DNA of 46,302 bases from a virus. Lineage: Duplodnaviria; Caudoviricetes. The translations under genes and the position numbers were made by a program. This document shows positions 8,712 through 16,482 of this stretch, piece by piece. The notes under the pieces are model-generated. The model saw only the letters and a list, made by a program, of their open reading frames with translations. It made no database searches and was not told the origin of the DNA. Numbering within the stretch: the stretch's first letter is position 1; the number at the start of each line of letters is the position of its first letter. The stretch lies in IMG/VR virus record IMGVR_UViG_3300024254_000003, positions 1 to 46,302 of that record. The stretch is one strand, 5' to 3'.

Positions 8712-9170
8712 CTATTTTCGTAAATTCATAATTGTTAGCTCAAAACTGGTTTTAAAATCCGAGCTAGTTGCTTTCAAAATCATGCATTCATCATATATAG
8801 TCATCGTGCAATTTGTTGATACGCCGATTTTTGATGCTACTTTGTCAAATATACTTAGATACTTTGCGTTAACGTGCGTTATAGCTTCTTTGCTCGTCGC
8901 ATACCTTGCTGCCTTTACTCTTTCAAGCTGTGAAAACTCATTTTTTCGATCTTCCGCTTCAATTCGCGTGATCTGCTTGTACTTGTCTATCTGATAAGCG
9001 CAAGCTTCGCCCGGTTGCAAGTCTGAAGCCTCGACTTTGGCTAGCACGTGGCCATTTGTCGCGACAAACTCAAAACCATTGCGATAAACTTCGCGAGTAA
9101 CTGGTCGCATATCAGTTTTGCTACAAACCGCACCATGCAATGCCAATACTAACTTTTCGATTGTTAACAT
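8712..9170 (-). CDS. Hypothetical protein with beta-clamp-like motif (start revised to ATG 9170)
   Basis: FVATNGHVL resembles the DnaN ATDGHRL motif; GAGG RBS before 9170; upstream part of the track ORF overlaps a promoter. Confidence 0.55.
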   Translation of the reverse strand: MLTIEKLVLALHGAVCSKTDMRPVTREVYRNGFEFVATNGHVLAKVEASDLQPGEACAYQIDKYKQITRIEAEDRKNEFSQLERVKAARYATSKEAITHVNAKYLSIFDKVASKIGVSTNCTMTIYDECMILKATSSDFKTSFELTIMNLRK

Positions 9171-9205
9171 TTTGTTTACCTCTTGTTGTGTTGTTGATGA
9201 TGTAC

Positions 9206-9233
9206 ATTGTACACCATCATTAACGAGTGTCAA
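9206..9233 (-). promoter_or_regulatory. sigma70-type early promoter
   Basis: TTGACA-16 bp-TACAAT on the minus strand. Confidence 0.75.
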
Positions 9234-9365
9234 CACCCAATTTCAATTATTTTTAATTTTTTTTCGTCTAGTAGTCGTTTAGTAAACGTGCAGTAGACAA
9301 TGAGCGATCGTATAACGTTGACTTTTCAAACATTTTGGCTAAGATTGTTGCAACAAGGAAAAGTT

Positions 9366-9737
9366 ATGGCAGCGATCAAAGAGTACAAAGAGCAAATGTT
9401 ACTCATGCAATGGTGTGACCTGCACGGCTACTTGCCCGTACATTGCCCGAATGGAGAGATACGTACGGAAAAGCGTGCTTGGTTGCTGAAGCAAATGGGC
9501 TTGCGGCCAGGCTTTCCCGATCTAACACTTTTTAAGCGCACGGACAAATACGGCGCTCTACACTTAGAGATGAAACAGAACCGATACTATAGAGAGAGTG
9601 AAAAAAAAACAGAGCATTGGCAGCGTCAGCAATGGTGGATCGATCACTTAACCGACCAGGGCTACTACGCTGCTTTTGCGTACGGTTGGGAACACGGCGC
9701 AAGAATAATACAGGACTACTTGGCAGGAAAACTATGA
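9366..9737 (+). CDS. VRR-NUC (PD-(D/E)xK) nuclease / Holliday junction resolvase-like
   Basis: HCPNG, GLRPGFPDL, LEMK, Q..W...L...GY; AAGGA RBS before ATG 9366. Confidence 0.85.
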   Translation: MAAIKEYKEQMLLMQWCDLHGYLPVHCPNGEIRTEKRAWLLKQMGLRPGFPDLTLFKRTDKYGALHLEMKQNRYYRESEKKTEHWQRQQWWIDHLTDQGYYAAFAYGWEHGARIIQDYLAGKL

Positions 9738-10012
9738 TAATCGAAGACTTCGACGCATTCGCAAGCTTACAGAAAAATGATGCTTTAATGCAAAAAATTA
9801 TCGTCACTAACGCTATGCACGGATTCGAGCGAGTTGCTCGTGATATCATGCGATTTTTAGCTTTCTTTCCCGCGATCAACAAGCCTGAACGCGACATAAT
9901 CGCATACGAGATAGAACTACTATGCTCAGACTATCAAAAACACATGAGAGAAACAGCGCAACGCTTTGTAGAACGCATACAAATAGTAATAAAAAGTAAT
10001 GCGTCTCTATAA
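9734..10012 (+). CDS. Hypothetical protein (start at ATGA overlap 9734)
   Basis: AGGA RBS; coupled to nuclease. Confidence 0.6.
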   Translation: MIIEDFDAFASLQKNDALMQKIIVTNAMHGFERVARDIMRFLAFFPAINKPERDIIAYEIELLCSDYQKHMRETAQRFVERIQIVIKSNASL

Positions 10013-10115
10013 ATCATTTGGTAAACTTACTCTATGCCCAACAACGTGCCGCGCGATCGGCGGCGAGAGAATCAGACTACTTTAAGCCGGTTGGGCATCA
10101 CACAAGGAAAAAATC

Positions 10116-10487
10116 ATGCAATTAAAACCTTTCAATTTAGAGCGCGCTCTTGCTGGTGATAAAGTAATCACAAGAAGCGGCGAACACGTGCCAGAAATAC
10201 ATTATTTTAAAACCACTCGATATAGTCGCTTTCCGATTGTCGCGGTAATCGAAGGACACATACGCACATTCAAAATAAACGGGGAATACAGCGATCACGT
10301 GAATCATTCTTTTGATCTTTTTATGGCGACAAAAAAGAAAAAACTATATATCGCCTTTAAATACATCGATTATAATGGCGGTAAATGGGCTTCATCTTTT
10401 GTATATGAATCGTTAGAAGAAATCAAAAAAAACTTATTGGAACATGACCCTTCATGGATAATCAAGGAATTTGAAGTCGAGGTGTGA
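10116..10487 (+). CDS. Conserved-type phage hypothetical protein
   Basis: KPFNLERALAGDKVITRSG N-terminus; AAGGA RBS. Confidence 0.7.
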   Translation: MQLKPFNLERALAGDKVITRSGEHVPEIHYFKTTRYSRFPIVAVIEGHIRTFKINGEYSDHVNHSFDLFMATKKKKLYIAFKYIDYNGGKWASSFVYESLEEIKKNLLEHDPSWIIKEFEVEV

Positions 10488-10488
10488 T

Positions 10489-10677
10489 ATGAAAAACAAG
10501 CTCGTTAGAACGCAAAACGTGATCTTTAGCGAAACTGACAAATACAACGACTTAATCACAGCGCATCGGAACCCAAACACAGTACGCACGTTCTTTTGGC
10601 ACAAGAACGACGAGGCAAACAAAGAATTAGAAATTAACTTAACAAATGCACGAACACGGGAGAACAAGCAGAGGTGA
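10489..10677 (+). CDS. Hypothetical protein
   Basis: GAGGTG RBS before ATG 10489. Confidence 0.55.
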   Translation: MKNKLVRTQNVIFSETDKYNDLITAHRNPNTVRTFFWHKNDEANKELEINLTNARTRENKQR

Positions 10678-10763
10678 GGAGTATTTAGACTATCTGGCCA
10701 GAGAATCTAAATAACCACAATGGGTGAAAATCCCTGCGGCGCACCATTTTACAAACTAAAGAG

Positions 10764-10976
10764 GTGTTTATGACAGATACATTCAAAAAAGTTTACACGG
10801 TAATGCCGGACGAAATTAAAAGCCAGATTTATGCAATGAAAGAAAAAGCCGAAGAGTTAAAAGAGTTTTTTGACAAAGTAACAAACCGAGAAATGTCAAT
10901 TGCTCAAACAAACTTAGAGCAAGCATTGATGTGGGCAACAAAAGCTTATGTTAATGAAGGCAACGAAAGCAAATAA
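10764..10976 (+). CDS. Acb2/Tad1-like helical hairpin protein (candidate immune-signal sponge)
   Basis: REMSIAQTNLEQALMWATKA motif; ~70 aa two-helix architecture. Confidence 0.55.
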   Translation: MFMTDTFKKVYTVMPDEIKSQIYAMKEKAEELKEFFDKVTNREMSIAQTNLEQALMWATKAYVNEGNESK

Positions 10977-10983
10977 GGTTTAC

Positions 10984-11126
10984 GAAAGTAGCGGCGCTGA
11001 CAGGGAAGCGCGTATTGCCTGCGTGATAGGGCGAAAGCTCGAAGGTGTGATGACGAAAGTCGGACTGCTGGGTAAAATCCGGTGCATGACAGAATAGACA
11101 GTGAGTGCAATTCTCACCTGCTTTCA
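10984..11126 (+). ncRNA. tRNA-shaped RNA with anticodon loop replaced by a multi-hairpin insert
   Basis: Acceptor GAAAGUAG/CUGCUUUC; D-arm GCGCU-GACAGGGA-AGCGC; UAUU/AAUA stem; T-arm GUGAG-UGCAAUU-CUCAC; two internal GAAA tetraloop hairpins. Confidence 0.6.
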
Positions 11127-11128
11127 AC

Positions 11129-11238
11129 AGTGAGGCCGGTGCAATTCCGGCAGATATAGAAGCGCTGGGCGGTTCATACCCGCAAGGCGAAAGGGCACTA
11201 GGTGTCAGCCGTTGCTTGGCAGGCGTTTCTATATCACT
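11129..11238 (+). ncRNA. Second structured RNA domain with T-loop-like hairpins
   Basis: GCCGG-UGCAAUU-CCGGC; long GAUAUAGAAGCGC/GCGUUUCUAUAUC stem; GCGG-UUCAUAC-CCGC; followed by a U tract. Confidence 0.5.
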
Positions 11239-11258
11239 TTTTAATAGGAATGTAACAA

Positions 11259-11414
11259 ATGATTAAGCGTTTAATTTGCTGGCTCTGGGGTCACGACATA
11301 GACACTAAAAGCTTCATTAATAAAAAACTCATTGCCGATGACACAGGTGAATTGCTTCTAATTAAATCACAGTTTTTCTGCAAACGATGTCAACAATATA
11401 GGGTTATATCATGA
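11259..11414 (+). CDS. DUF1660-like small protein (51 aa, not in ORF track)
   Basis: LICWLWGH...FCKRC; AGGA RBS; ATGA overlap. Confidence 0.6.
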   Translation: MIKRLICWLWGHDIDTKSFINKKLIADDTGELLLIKSQFFCKRCQQYRVIS

Positions 11415-11806
11415 TTGAATCGCATGTCACATCGCTTGAGTTGTCACGCAAGCTGCACGAGCTTGGGGTTAATAAACCATCAATCTATTATTGGCATGAA
11501 GGGAATGATATTAATGATGAAGGTCATGAAGTTTATAGATTAGAGTTGTTAAATTACCAACACAGTTACCTAGAATCATACGCAGCTTATCTATCGTCCG
11601 AGCTTTTGCCTATATTACCAAAGAAAATCGCAAACAATGATTGCCATGAACGATATTTATATATTGATACTTCATTAGATTATACACTCTATTATTTTGA
11701 AGATGTTGACAATCAATCTGATGAAAATTTTGCAAATGCAATAGCTAAAATGCTCATTTACTTAATCGAAAACGGCTACGTGAAGGTGGAGGATTTGAAC
11801 AAATGA
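11411..11806 (+). CDS. Hypothetical phage protein
   Basis: VTSLELSRKLHELGV...AAYLSSELL..LP...A.AKMLIYL. Confidence 0.75.
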   Translation: MIESHVTSLELSRKLHELGVNKPSIYYWHEGNDINDEGHEVYRLELLNYQHSYLESYAAYLSSELLPILPKKIANNDCHERYLYIDTSLDYTLYYFEDVDNQSDENFANAIAKMLIYLIENGYVKVEDLNK

Positions 11807-12057
11807 AATATAGAAAAAAACCAATAGTTATTGAAGCAATAAAGTGGGATGGCACAAATGTTTTAGCGTGGCTTGAAAAATTTCCTGAATTGAAATCACA
11901 AATACAGATAGAAAATGCTCAAGAAATAACTATAAAAACACTCGAAGGCAATATGAAAGCTTATGAAGGTGATTATATTATTCGTGGTATTAAAGGAAAA
12001 ATTTATCCATGCAAGTCAGACATTTTTGAGGCTACTTATGAGAGGATAATAGAATGA
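11803..12057 (+). CDS. Conserved phage protein (YRKKP...TLEG...GDYII...YPCK family)
   Basis: Characteristic motif set. Confidence 0.8.
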   Translation: MKYRKKPIVIEAIKWDGTNVLAWLEKFPELKSQIQIENAQEITIKTLEGNMKAYEGDYIIRGIKGKIYPCKSDIFEATYERIIE

Positions 12058-12293
12058 CACAATGGATATCAACCAAAGTAGCAATGCCAGCAGTAGACCC
12101 AAAAACAAAACTATCTGATTTTGTACTGGTGTTAACAAAAGAAAACATGATGAAAATTTCTCAACTACAGATATGGATGGATGGAAAAATATATTGGACA
12201 AATGGCTATCGTCGAAACGATCAATTTTATACTGAATATGATTCGATATCACATTGGATGCCATTGCCAAGCAACGAAGGATTAGAAAAATGA
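12054..12293 (+). CDS. DUF551-like protein
   Basis: QWIS...P...ISHWMPLP. Confidence 0.75.
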   Translation: MTQWISTKVAMPAVDPKTKLSDFVLVLTKENMMKISQLQIWMDGKIYWTNGYRRNDQFYTEYDSISHWMPLPSNEGLEK

Positions 12294-12664
12294 CACAATG
12301 CAAATGCGGCGGTAATATCATCGCGTATGTCAAAGAAGACAGATTTAATGTTAATTCGCAAGCAGAACCAGCGTACAAATGCGAAAAATGCGCAAATGTG
12401 TATGTGTGCGCAAGCTATTGGGCGCCTCCAGAAAATTCATTCTATGAAATGGCTAAATCAGTCGATGAAGCATACGGGAAAATTCCTAAGTGGGTGAAAT
12501 GCTCTGATAGACTACCCGCAAAAGACGGCCGTTATTTAGTAACCGAAGGTTGGCAACGTGGCGATGCATGGACGGGCGTTTGTTCACTGCGCCAAGGTAA
12601 ATGGGATTCAAATCTAATAATCGCATGGCAAGAATTACCGGAACCGTACAAAGGTGATGTATAA
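12290..12664 (+). CDS. Zn-ribbon plus DUF551-like protein
   Basis: CKCGG...CEKC; WVKCSDRLP...IAWQELPEPY; ATGA overlap at 12290. Confidence 0.7.
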   Translation: MTQCKCGGNIIAYVKEDRFNVNSQAEPAYKCEKCANVYVCASYWAPPENSFYEMAKSVDEAYGKIPKWVKCSDRLPAKDGRYLVTEGWQRGDAWTGVCSLRQGKWDSNLIIAWQELPEPYKGDV

Positions 12665-12688
12665 TGCTCGTTTTTCAAAAGGATTTTT

Positions 12689-12997
12689 ATGTCAATATTT
12701 GATGATATCTCAAAAGCAGTCACAGGCGCGGCGAATGCTGTAGCGCACGGGGTTACTGACGCAGCCAATGCCGTAGCTCATGAAGTAGAAAACGCAGCAA
12801 ACGCGGTGGCACACGAAGTCGTAAAAGATGCAAACTATATAGCAAACCAAGTCACAGATAATGCCGACGATCTAGCAATAGAAGCCGCTAAGATTGCAGG
12901 CAGTATTGCTGGTGGCGTAGTAGCTGGCAGCGCAGGCGCGCAAGCGGGCGGCATGGCTGGCGCGGAAATAGCAAAACAAATTGTTGACAAAAGTTAG
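12689..12997 (+). CDS. Ala-rich 11-aa repeat protein with C-terminal glycine zipper
   Basis: AANAVAH repeated three times with 11-residue period; GxxxG run. Confidence 0.7.
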   Translation: MSIFDDISKAVTGAANAVAHGVTDAANAVAHEVENAANAVAHEVVKDANYIANQVTDNADDLAIEAAKIAGSIAGGVVAGSAGAQAGGMAGAEIAKQIVDKS

Positions 12998-13033
12998 CTG
13001 TGCTAATCTAGCGCTATACAGGGAGTGTATGGC

Positions 13034-13579
13034 ATGGCTAGCTTTGATCTTGCAATTGATACGATTTTAAAAAATGAGGGTGGCCTGGTAAACAATCCTC
13101 GCGACCCTGGCGGAATTACCAACTTTGGTATTTCTCTGCGCTTCCTTGCGTCTCTCGGTTTAAAATACGATTTTAACAAAGATGGCAAAGTAGACGATAA
13201 AGAGATCAAAGAACTCACCCCCGAACACGCGAAACTAATCTATCAGAATGAATTCTGGCTCAAAGGCGCTTTCGATAAAGTCATCAATCAGAAAGTTGCA
13301 ACTTACCTTTTTGACATGGCAGTTAACATGGGCGTGCCGCAAGCAATAAAACTTTCTCAGCGTTCACTATGGGCAATTAATAAACAATACCATTTTGTTG
13401 ACGATGACGGATTGATCGGTTCCAAAACTTTAGACGCTATTAATCAAGCTGGCTTGATGCTAATTCCCGTGCTTATGTCTGAGCGAGCGGGATACTATCG
13501 TATGCTAGCCGCCCTCAAACCTGAAAATCATGGGGATGACCTCAATGGCTGGCTCAACCGAACTTACCGCGCTAGTTGA
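13034..13579 (+). CDS. Endolysin, glycoside hydrolase family 108 with peptidoglycan-binding C-terminus
   Basis: NEGG...DPGGITNFGIS, FDMAVNMG, DGLIGSKT, GWLNR; start revised to ATG 13034. Confidence 0.92.
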   Translation: MASFDLAIDTILKNEGGLVNNPRDPGGITNFGISLRFLASLGLKYDFNKDGKVDDKEIKELTPEHAKLIYQNEFWLKGAFDKVINQKVATYLFDMAVNMGVPQAIKLSQRSLWAINKQYHFVDDDGLIGSKTLDAINQAGLMLIPVLMSERAGYYRMLAALKPENHGDDLNGWLNRTYRAS

Positions 13580-14060
13580 AAAAGCCGCACCGTTGTTAGG
13601 GTCAGTGCTAGGTGGTCCCGCTGGCGGAATAGTAGGGTCGTTGGTAGCAACTCTTTTTGGGGGTGATCCCACTAAACCGGATGAGCTAGTAGACAAAATC
13701 AACGCAGACCCAGACGCTCGCGCAAAACTTCTCACGCTACAATATCAGCACCAAGAATTTTTGCAAACTCAGCTTCTGGAGAAATATAAGGAACATATTG
13801 CAGATATGGCAGACGCGCGAGATCGTCAGCTCGCGATGGCCAAGCTCGGTTTTCATGAATGGGTAATGCCAATACTAGCGATATTAAGCATGGTGCAATT
13901 CTGGGCATATATTATTGTCTGCAAGTTTTTAAATTCATCAATAGATGTTACTATATTGACAGACTTATTTGCCATGGCATTTATGGCATTTACATTTTAT
14001 TTTGGCTCAAGCCAGGGAGAACAACGACGATGGACAAATTCAGTATCGCAAAAACGTTAG
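13530..14060 (+). CDS. Holin-like membrane protein (3TM type)
   Basis: APLLGSVLGGPAGG N-terminus, D...AR.R, two C-terminal TM helices, FYFGSS; overlaps the endolysin. Confidence 0.75.
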   Translation: MGMTSMAGSTELTALVEKAAPLLGSVLGGPAGGIVGSLVATLFGGDPTKPDELVDKINADPDARAKLLTLQYQHQEFLQTQLLEKYKEHIADMADARDRQLAMAKLGFHEWVMPILAILSMVQFWAYIIVCKFLNSSIDVTILTDLFAMAFMAFTFYFGSSQGEQRRWTNSVSQKR

Positions 14061-14413
14061 GGACTGGTGATACTACTCTAACGATTGCTAGTAGTGCTAC
14101 AACCTCAAATTATTTAGACTTAGGCGGGATGCAACTGCGTGGTTTGCTTTTGCCGTCGAACTGGACGCCCTGCGATATTCAATTCCACGTTGCAATTTGG
14201 CCTACCACTTCAAATAAATTCGCGGCATTTACTCTTGCAGACACAACAGGGACAGTGATTAGCATACCCACACTAGCAAGCCAATGGTTAGCACTATTGC
14301 CCTATTTGTTTGATGCGGTTCCTTATGTGCAAATCGTTTGTAATGCCCCGCAAGCCTCTAGTGTAATCGTACAAGCAGCGTTGGAACCAATCTATCAAGG
14401 GATTCATGGATAA
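14029..14413 (+). CDS. Small beta-rich virion-associated protein (start ATG 14029)
   Basis: GGGAG RBS; LRGLLLPSNWT motif; precedes fibre genes. Confidence 0.6.
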
Positions 14414-14562
14414 TGACAACTTCAACAAACATGTTGCTGTTATTTGATATTGAGGTGAAGTTTACTCCACCGCCGCCGCCTGGTGATTTTGACTGGATAG
14501 ACAGCTCTGCAAATAAATTTATTACAAATCTGGGAGACAATATCGTTTTCAACCCAGGTTAA
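14413..14562 (+). CDS. Pro-rich 49 aa protein (not in ORF track)
   Basis: TAATG coupling; MTTSTNMLLLFDIEVKFTPPPPPGDFDW. Confidence 0.5.
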   Translation: MTTSTNMLLLFDIEVKFTPPPPPGDFDWIDSSANKFITNLGDNIVFNPG

Positions 14563-14578
14563 TTTTTAAAAAGGAATT

Positions 14579-16474
14579 TTGAAAATGTCCAATATTCAAA
14601 TATACCAGCTCAGCCCGCGCGTGGCACTTCAAGCCAGCGATATGTTTGGTTCGGATGACAATACCTCCGAACATAAAACATGGCGAATAAGTCTTCAGCA
14701 GTTACAAGACTGGATGCAAACGCATTTAATCATTCCGGCTGCCTATGGCGAAATGTATTTCACTGGGAATTCATCATCAGCAACCACTTTTTCTGGCGCA
14801 AATACACCTACGCAAATTAATGCGCCAGCTTTTAACAGCGGGACTTTAGAGAATTTCACGCAATCCGGTGGCGTACTCACATACATTGGCACCGATCCGA
14901 TTACAGTTACAGCTATAGCACATCTTACAGCAACTTATGACGGATCATCGCAAGACACCAATTTTTATATCGCATTAGATGGTGCGGTGATTGCTAAATC
15001 CAAACAAGGTACATTTATCGGTGCTGCGTCACCTGCCCCTCAAGCCAACCCAGTTAAATGTTTTGTTGATTTGGTCACTGGCAGTCAGCTTTCGATTTTT
15101 GCGGAAAATACAGTTAATACAAATAGTTTATTTGTTCAAGACTGCAATTTTACTGTTACACCAATCACTAGTATCACTGGTACACCGGCGGTTAGCCCTG
15201 ATTTAAAACAAGTCTACGATAATGGCATAAATGGCGAAATTCCTTTAACAGCCAACAAGCCTTTTATGGTTTTAAATGCCATTGGCGATGTAACGGCGAA
15301 CGGTGTAACAACTCCTAGTACAGGAACAAACACAGTATCAAATTATCGCGTGTTGGGTTGGACTTTTACGCCTTCAATAAACATGGTGATTACAGCGCTG
15401 CAATATGATGACGCGCTTTTCACTAGCTCAGAAACTAGAGAAACAGGTATTTATGTAAAGGGCACAAGTGCTTTATTGGGTAGCGTAGTCATTGCACAAA
15501 GTGATCCACTAGATTCAACCAACACATATAGAACAAAAACATTAGACACCCCCATAGAATTAACGGCAGGCACGCAATACGTTTACGCAACAGTTGTTCC
15601 CTCTGGACAATCAGATCATAGTAACGCAGATGCGGTTCCAGATTCTCATATAACCATCACTCAACGAGCAGAATTGCCAAGCGATGCGTCGCCGATTCCT
15701 TTAAGTTTTCCAGAATCTTTTACAACAATATCAAATTTCGTGCATGTTGGATCGTTTGAATATCTTGCAACAGTAGTCGTTGATTCTTTTCAAGTAAATG
15801 ACACCGACACATCCGGTTCGACATTTATGGAAGCAAAATCCGAAGACAGAGGCGTTATTCCAGTTCCGAAAATGACAATTGCGCAACGTAATGCAATTGT
15901 ATCACCTGACACTGGATTAACTGTAATAATCACCGATTCAGATATTCCGCGTTATAGCCCATTCGATGGGTTGGCATGGCAAGAGGAAGCGTATTTAAGC
16001 GATTTAACGCAAATGTACGCGTCTCAGTCCTCAGGTTTTGGTAGCACTGTTACTACTATCAGCGCATCTAATACATATTATCCGATTACTGTAGCCCTGT
16101 TTAATGATATAAACTCAGCAAGTTTTGTAAACGAAGTGGTATCTATCTCTGGCGCGAACACGCCAACATTTAGATACACTGCCACACCAACAAAATTCTT
16201 TGAAGTTAATTTCAATATTTTTGCATTAGGGACAGTAGGCACAGGTCAATACTATGTGTTTAGCGTATGCATATATAAAGCTGATACATCCATTGTAGTC
16301 ACTAATATTTCCGGCTGGTGCAGATTAACAGATACATCAACACCTTTTTCTGTGCCACTTTCAGGAAACGTACAACTAAGCACTGGGGACAGGATTTTTG
16401 TTCAAGTGAAAAATATCACATCAGGAACAAACGTGTCCGCGAGCGGGCATAATGCATCAATTAAAATATCGTAG
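14579..16474 (+). CDS. Virion fibre/adhesin-like protein with beta-sandwich (C1q/TNF- and DUF4082-like) modules
   Basis: T/S/G-rich; LGWTFTP...ITAL...PIELTAGTQY; P.MTIAQRNAI.SP; two modules ending VxL.TG..I.V...N. Confidence 0.65.
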   Translation: MKMSNIQIYQLSPRVALQASDMFGSDDNTSEHKTWRISLQQLQDWMQTHLIIPAAYGEMYFTGNSSSATTFSGANTPTQINAPAFNSGTLENFTQSGGVLTYIGTDPITVTAIAHLTATYDGSSQDTNFYIALDGAVIAKSKQGTFIGAASPAPQANPVKCFVDLVTGSQLSIFAENTVNTNSLFVQDCNFTVTPITSITGTPAVSPDLKQVYDNGINGEIPLTANKPFMVLNAIGDVTANGVTTPSTGTNTVSNYRVLGWTFTPSINMVITALQYDDALFTSSETRETGIYVKGTSALLGSVVIAQSDPLDSTNTYRTKTLDTPIELTAGTQYVYATVVPSGQSDHSNADAVPDSHITITQRAELPSDASPIPLSFPESFTTISNFVHVGSFEYLATVVVDSFQVNDTDTSGSTFMEAKSEDRGVIPVPKMTIAQRNAIVSPDTGLTVIITDSDIPRYSPFDGLAWQEEAYLSDLTQMYASQSSGFGSTVTTISASNTYYPITVALFNDINSASFVNEVVSISGANTPTFRYTATPTKFFEVNFNIFALGTVGTGQYYVFSVCIYKADTSIVVTNISGWCRLTDTSTPFSVPLSGNVQLSTGDRIFVQVKNITSGTNVSASGHNASIKIS

Positions 16475-16482
16475 AGGTAACT

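Noticed and set aside
11045-11065. Hammerhead ribozyme core (UGAUGA...GAAA)
   Set aside because: Lacks the C of CUGANGA, and the GAAA is a tetraloop closing GAC/GUC rather than following stem II
10984-11126. Canonical tRNA, tRNA-Sec, intron-containing tRNA or tmRNA
   Set aside because: No 7-nt anticodon loop or long variable arm; insert too short for a self-splicing intron; no tag ORF or alanine acceptor identity
11129-11160. Cobalamin riboswitch (GCCGGUGCAAUUCCGGC)
   Set aside because: Only the T-loop hairpin matches; the upstream GGGAA, the CCCGCAACUGU segment and the B12 box are absent
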